Assembly: GCF_020073745.1 (NCBI RefSeq)
Contig: NZ_JAIRAU010000047.1
Location: forward strand, 285,990 to 349,989
From: Nannocystis pusilla
GTDB taxonomy: Bacteria > Myxococcota_A > Polyangia > Nannocystales > Nannocystaceae
Reading direction: 5' to 3'
DNA length: 64,000 nt
Position numbers and translations under genes: made by a program. Positions 62,748 to 64,000 of this stretch are shown here, one piece after another. The notes below the pieces were generated by a model that saw only the letters and a list, made by a program, of their open reading frames with translations, was not told the DNA's origin and searched no databases. How positions within the stretch are numbered: the stretch's first letter is position 1; the number at the start of each line of letters is the position of its first letter.

Positions 62748-64000
62748 AGTACAGCCGACCCGAAGTTCTCCATGGGTTCCTGCGAGCTGCTCCGTCCTGG
62801 ATCTAACTGGATCCATCGCGAAGGCGATACAGGCGGCGGAATAGACGAGGCGCGAAAACGATCTCGTCGATGTGTCGGGCCCGCGAGCGCAACGGCTTCG
62901 TGTGGCGCCTTCGGTCCGTGAGGAGTTGAAGGTGCTCGCTCGGAGTGGGCGCGCCGAGGCACGCCTCGTCCTTCGGGCGAAGCTCGTGCTGCTCGCCGCC
63001 GAGGGGCACTCAAACCAGGATATTGCGCGCAGCTTGGGTTGCCACGTGGATACGGTGAGAGTGTGGCGTGGGCGGTTCGCGCGTGATGGGCGGGTCGTGA
63101 CGCTCGAGGATCGCCCTCGAAGTGGGCGACCTGCTCGGATATCGCCGGCGGCACGCTGCGAGCTCATCAAGCTCGCCTGTGACAAGCCTGCCAACCACGG
63201 CCTGCAGACGCGTACGACGTGGACGTACGCGACGTTGGCGAGGCGCCTGCTTCATGAGACAGGTATTGGCCTCAGCGTATCTGAGGTGGGGCGAATCCTC
63301 CGCAACGAGGACTTCCGGCCGCACAAGATGAGGCTCTGGCTACACAGCCCCGATCCCGACTTCTGCCGCAAAGTTCAGCGCATCTGCGACCTCTACCATC
63401 ATCCTCCCGACGGAGCTCACGTGCTCTGCGTGGACGAGAAGACCGGCATGCAGGCGCTCGGACGGAGATTCCCCAGCAAGCTCCCCGCACCCGGTCGCGC
63501 GGGCCGTTTCGAGTTCGAATACGTCCGCCGCGGCACGTCGTCGCTGATCGCAGCCTTCGACGTCCGCACCGGCCGGGTTCTGGGTGAGTGCAAGCCGCAG
63601 CGGCGGGCCGAGGATCTCGTGGGCTTCATGGAAGCCCTCGCCCGCAACTATCCCACCGGCCAGGTCTACATCGTCTGGGACAACCTCAACATCCACTATG
63701 ACGGCTCGGACAACCGTTGGGTCCGCTTCAACCAGCGCCACGGCGACCGCTTCCACTTCGTGTACACGCCGATTCACGCCTCGTGGATCAACCAGATAGA
63801 GATCTGGTTCTCGCTGCTGCAGCGCCGTGTCCTTCGCTGCCGACTTTCCCTGCGCCGGTGCCTTGCCCCGCGCCGTGATGGCCTTCATCCGCCGCTGGAA
63901 CCGCGACGAAGCCCACCCGTTCAACTGGACCTTTCGTGGCCACTTCGTCCAAACTCAGCGGCATCACGCCGCATGAGCCGCCCACGCACCAGCCGCAACA
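62748..64000 (+). mobile_element. IS630-family insertion sequence (left end tentatively at the TA of CTAG 62745-62748; right end at or beyond the window edge)
   Basis: The transposase is as described above. IS630 elements are known to target CTAG/TA. The 'gggcacTAgtacagcc' junction candidate is about 120 bp upstream of the transposase start. Terminal inverted repeats could not be verified. Confidence 0.4.
62869..63975 (+). pseudogene. IS630-family transposase, frameshifted near 63830-63870
   Basis: GTG-initiated frame gives an IS630 HTH ('LVLRAKLVLLAAEGHSNQDIARSLGCHVDTVRVWRGRF') and DDE core ('VLCVDEKTGMQ', 'YIVWDNLNIHY', 'SWINQIEIWFSLLQRRVL'). The expected C-terminus 'MAFIRRWNRDEAHPFNWTFRGHF' lies in a different frame. 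It was not in the ATG-based ORF list. Confidence 0.7.

Noticed and set aside
61385-62760. Two occurrences of 'gggcactagt' (61395 and 62745), considered as a possible IS630 target-site duplication or empty-site pair.
   Set aside because: They are 1.35 kb apart and flank pdxJ and bfd, not the IS. Only the 62745 copy abuts the IS. The similarity is likely coincidental.

Overview
This is a high-GC (about 70%+) chromosomal window of myxobacterial character, judged from TIGR02232-type Cys-rich repeat lipoproteins and a FrzS-like pseudo-receiver/coiled-coil protein. Most of it is core metabolism.

Gene content, in order:
- A TetR regulator and a cytochrome P450.
- A maltodextrin utilisation locus: two GH13 amylases, a putative outer-membrane porin, malK, a fused malE-malF, and malG.
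- An S9 peptidase, a ClC chloride channel, a ClpA/B-like ATPase, HflX, UppP and QueA.
- A long minus-strand super-operon: yceD-rpmF-plsX-fabD-fabG-acpP-fabF-rpiB-nrdR-ribD-ribE-ribBA-coaBC, followed by a family-4 UDG.
- A 1,300+ aa aromatic-rich repeat lipoprotein, three tandem Cys-rich repeat lipoprotein paralogs, comEA, aspartokinase, bfd, pdxJ, and a frameshifted IS630 transposase at the right edge.
- No rRNA, tRNA or CRISPR array was found.

Most striking unexplained signal:
- A short palindromic unit, GGACATGTCC (wider consensus roughly GGAC-NN-GTCC, 12-bp form GGGACATGTCCC), is massively over-represented, with about 70 or more units counted.
- A unit is about 10 bp plus about 4 bp of spacer, and units usually sit in phased arrays of 2-6 with a 14-bp period.
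- Arrays occur in intergenic regions and also embedded in-frame inside coding sequences: the MalE N-terminus, a UppP loop, the ClpB-like protein, ComEA, and C-terminal tails of RibE and NrdR.
- The unit's internal ATG apparently supplies several start codons.
- This looks like a previously undescribed family of miniature phased palindromic repeat elements.
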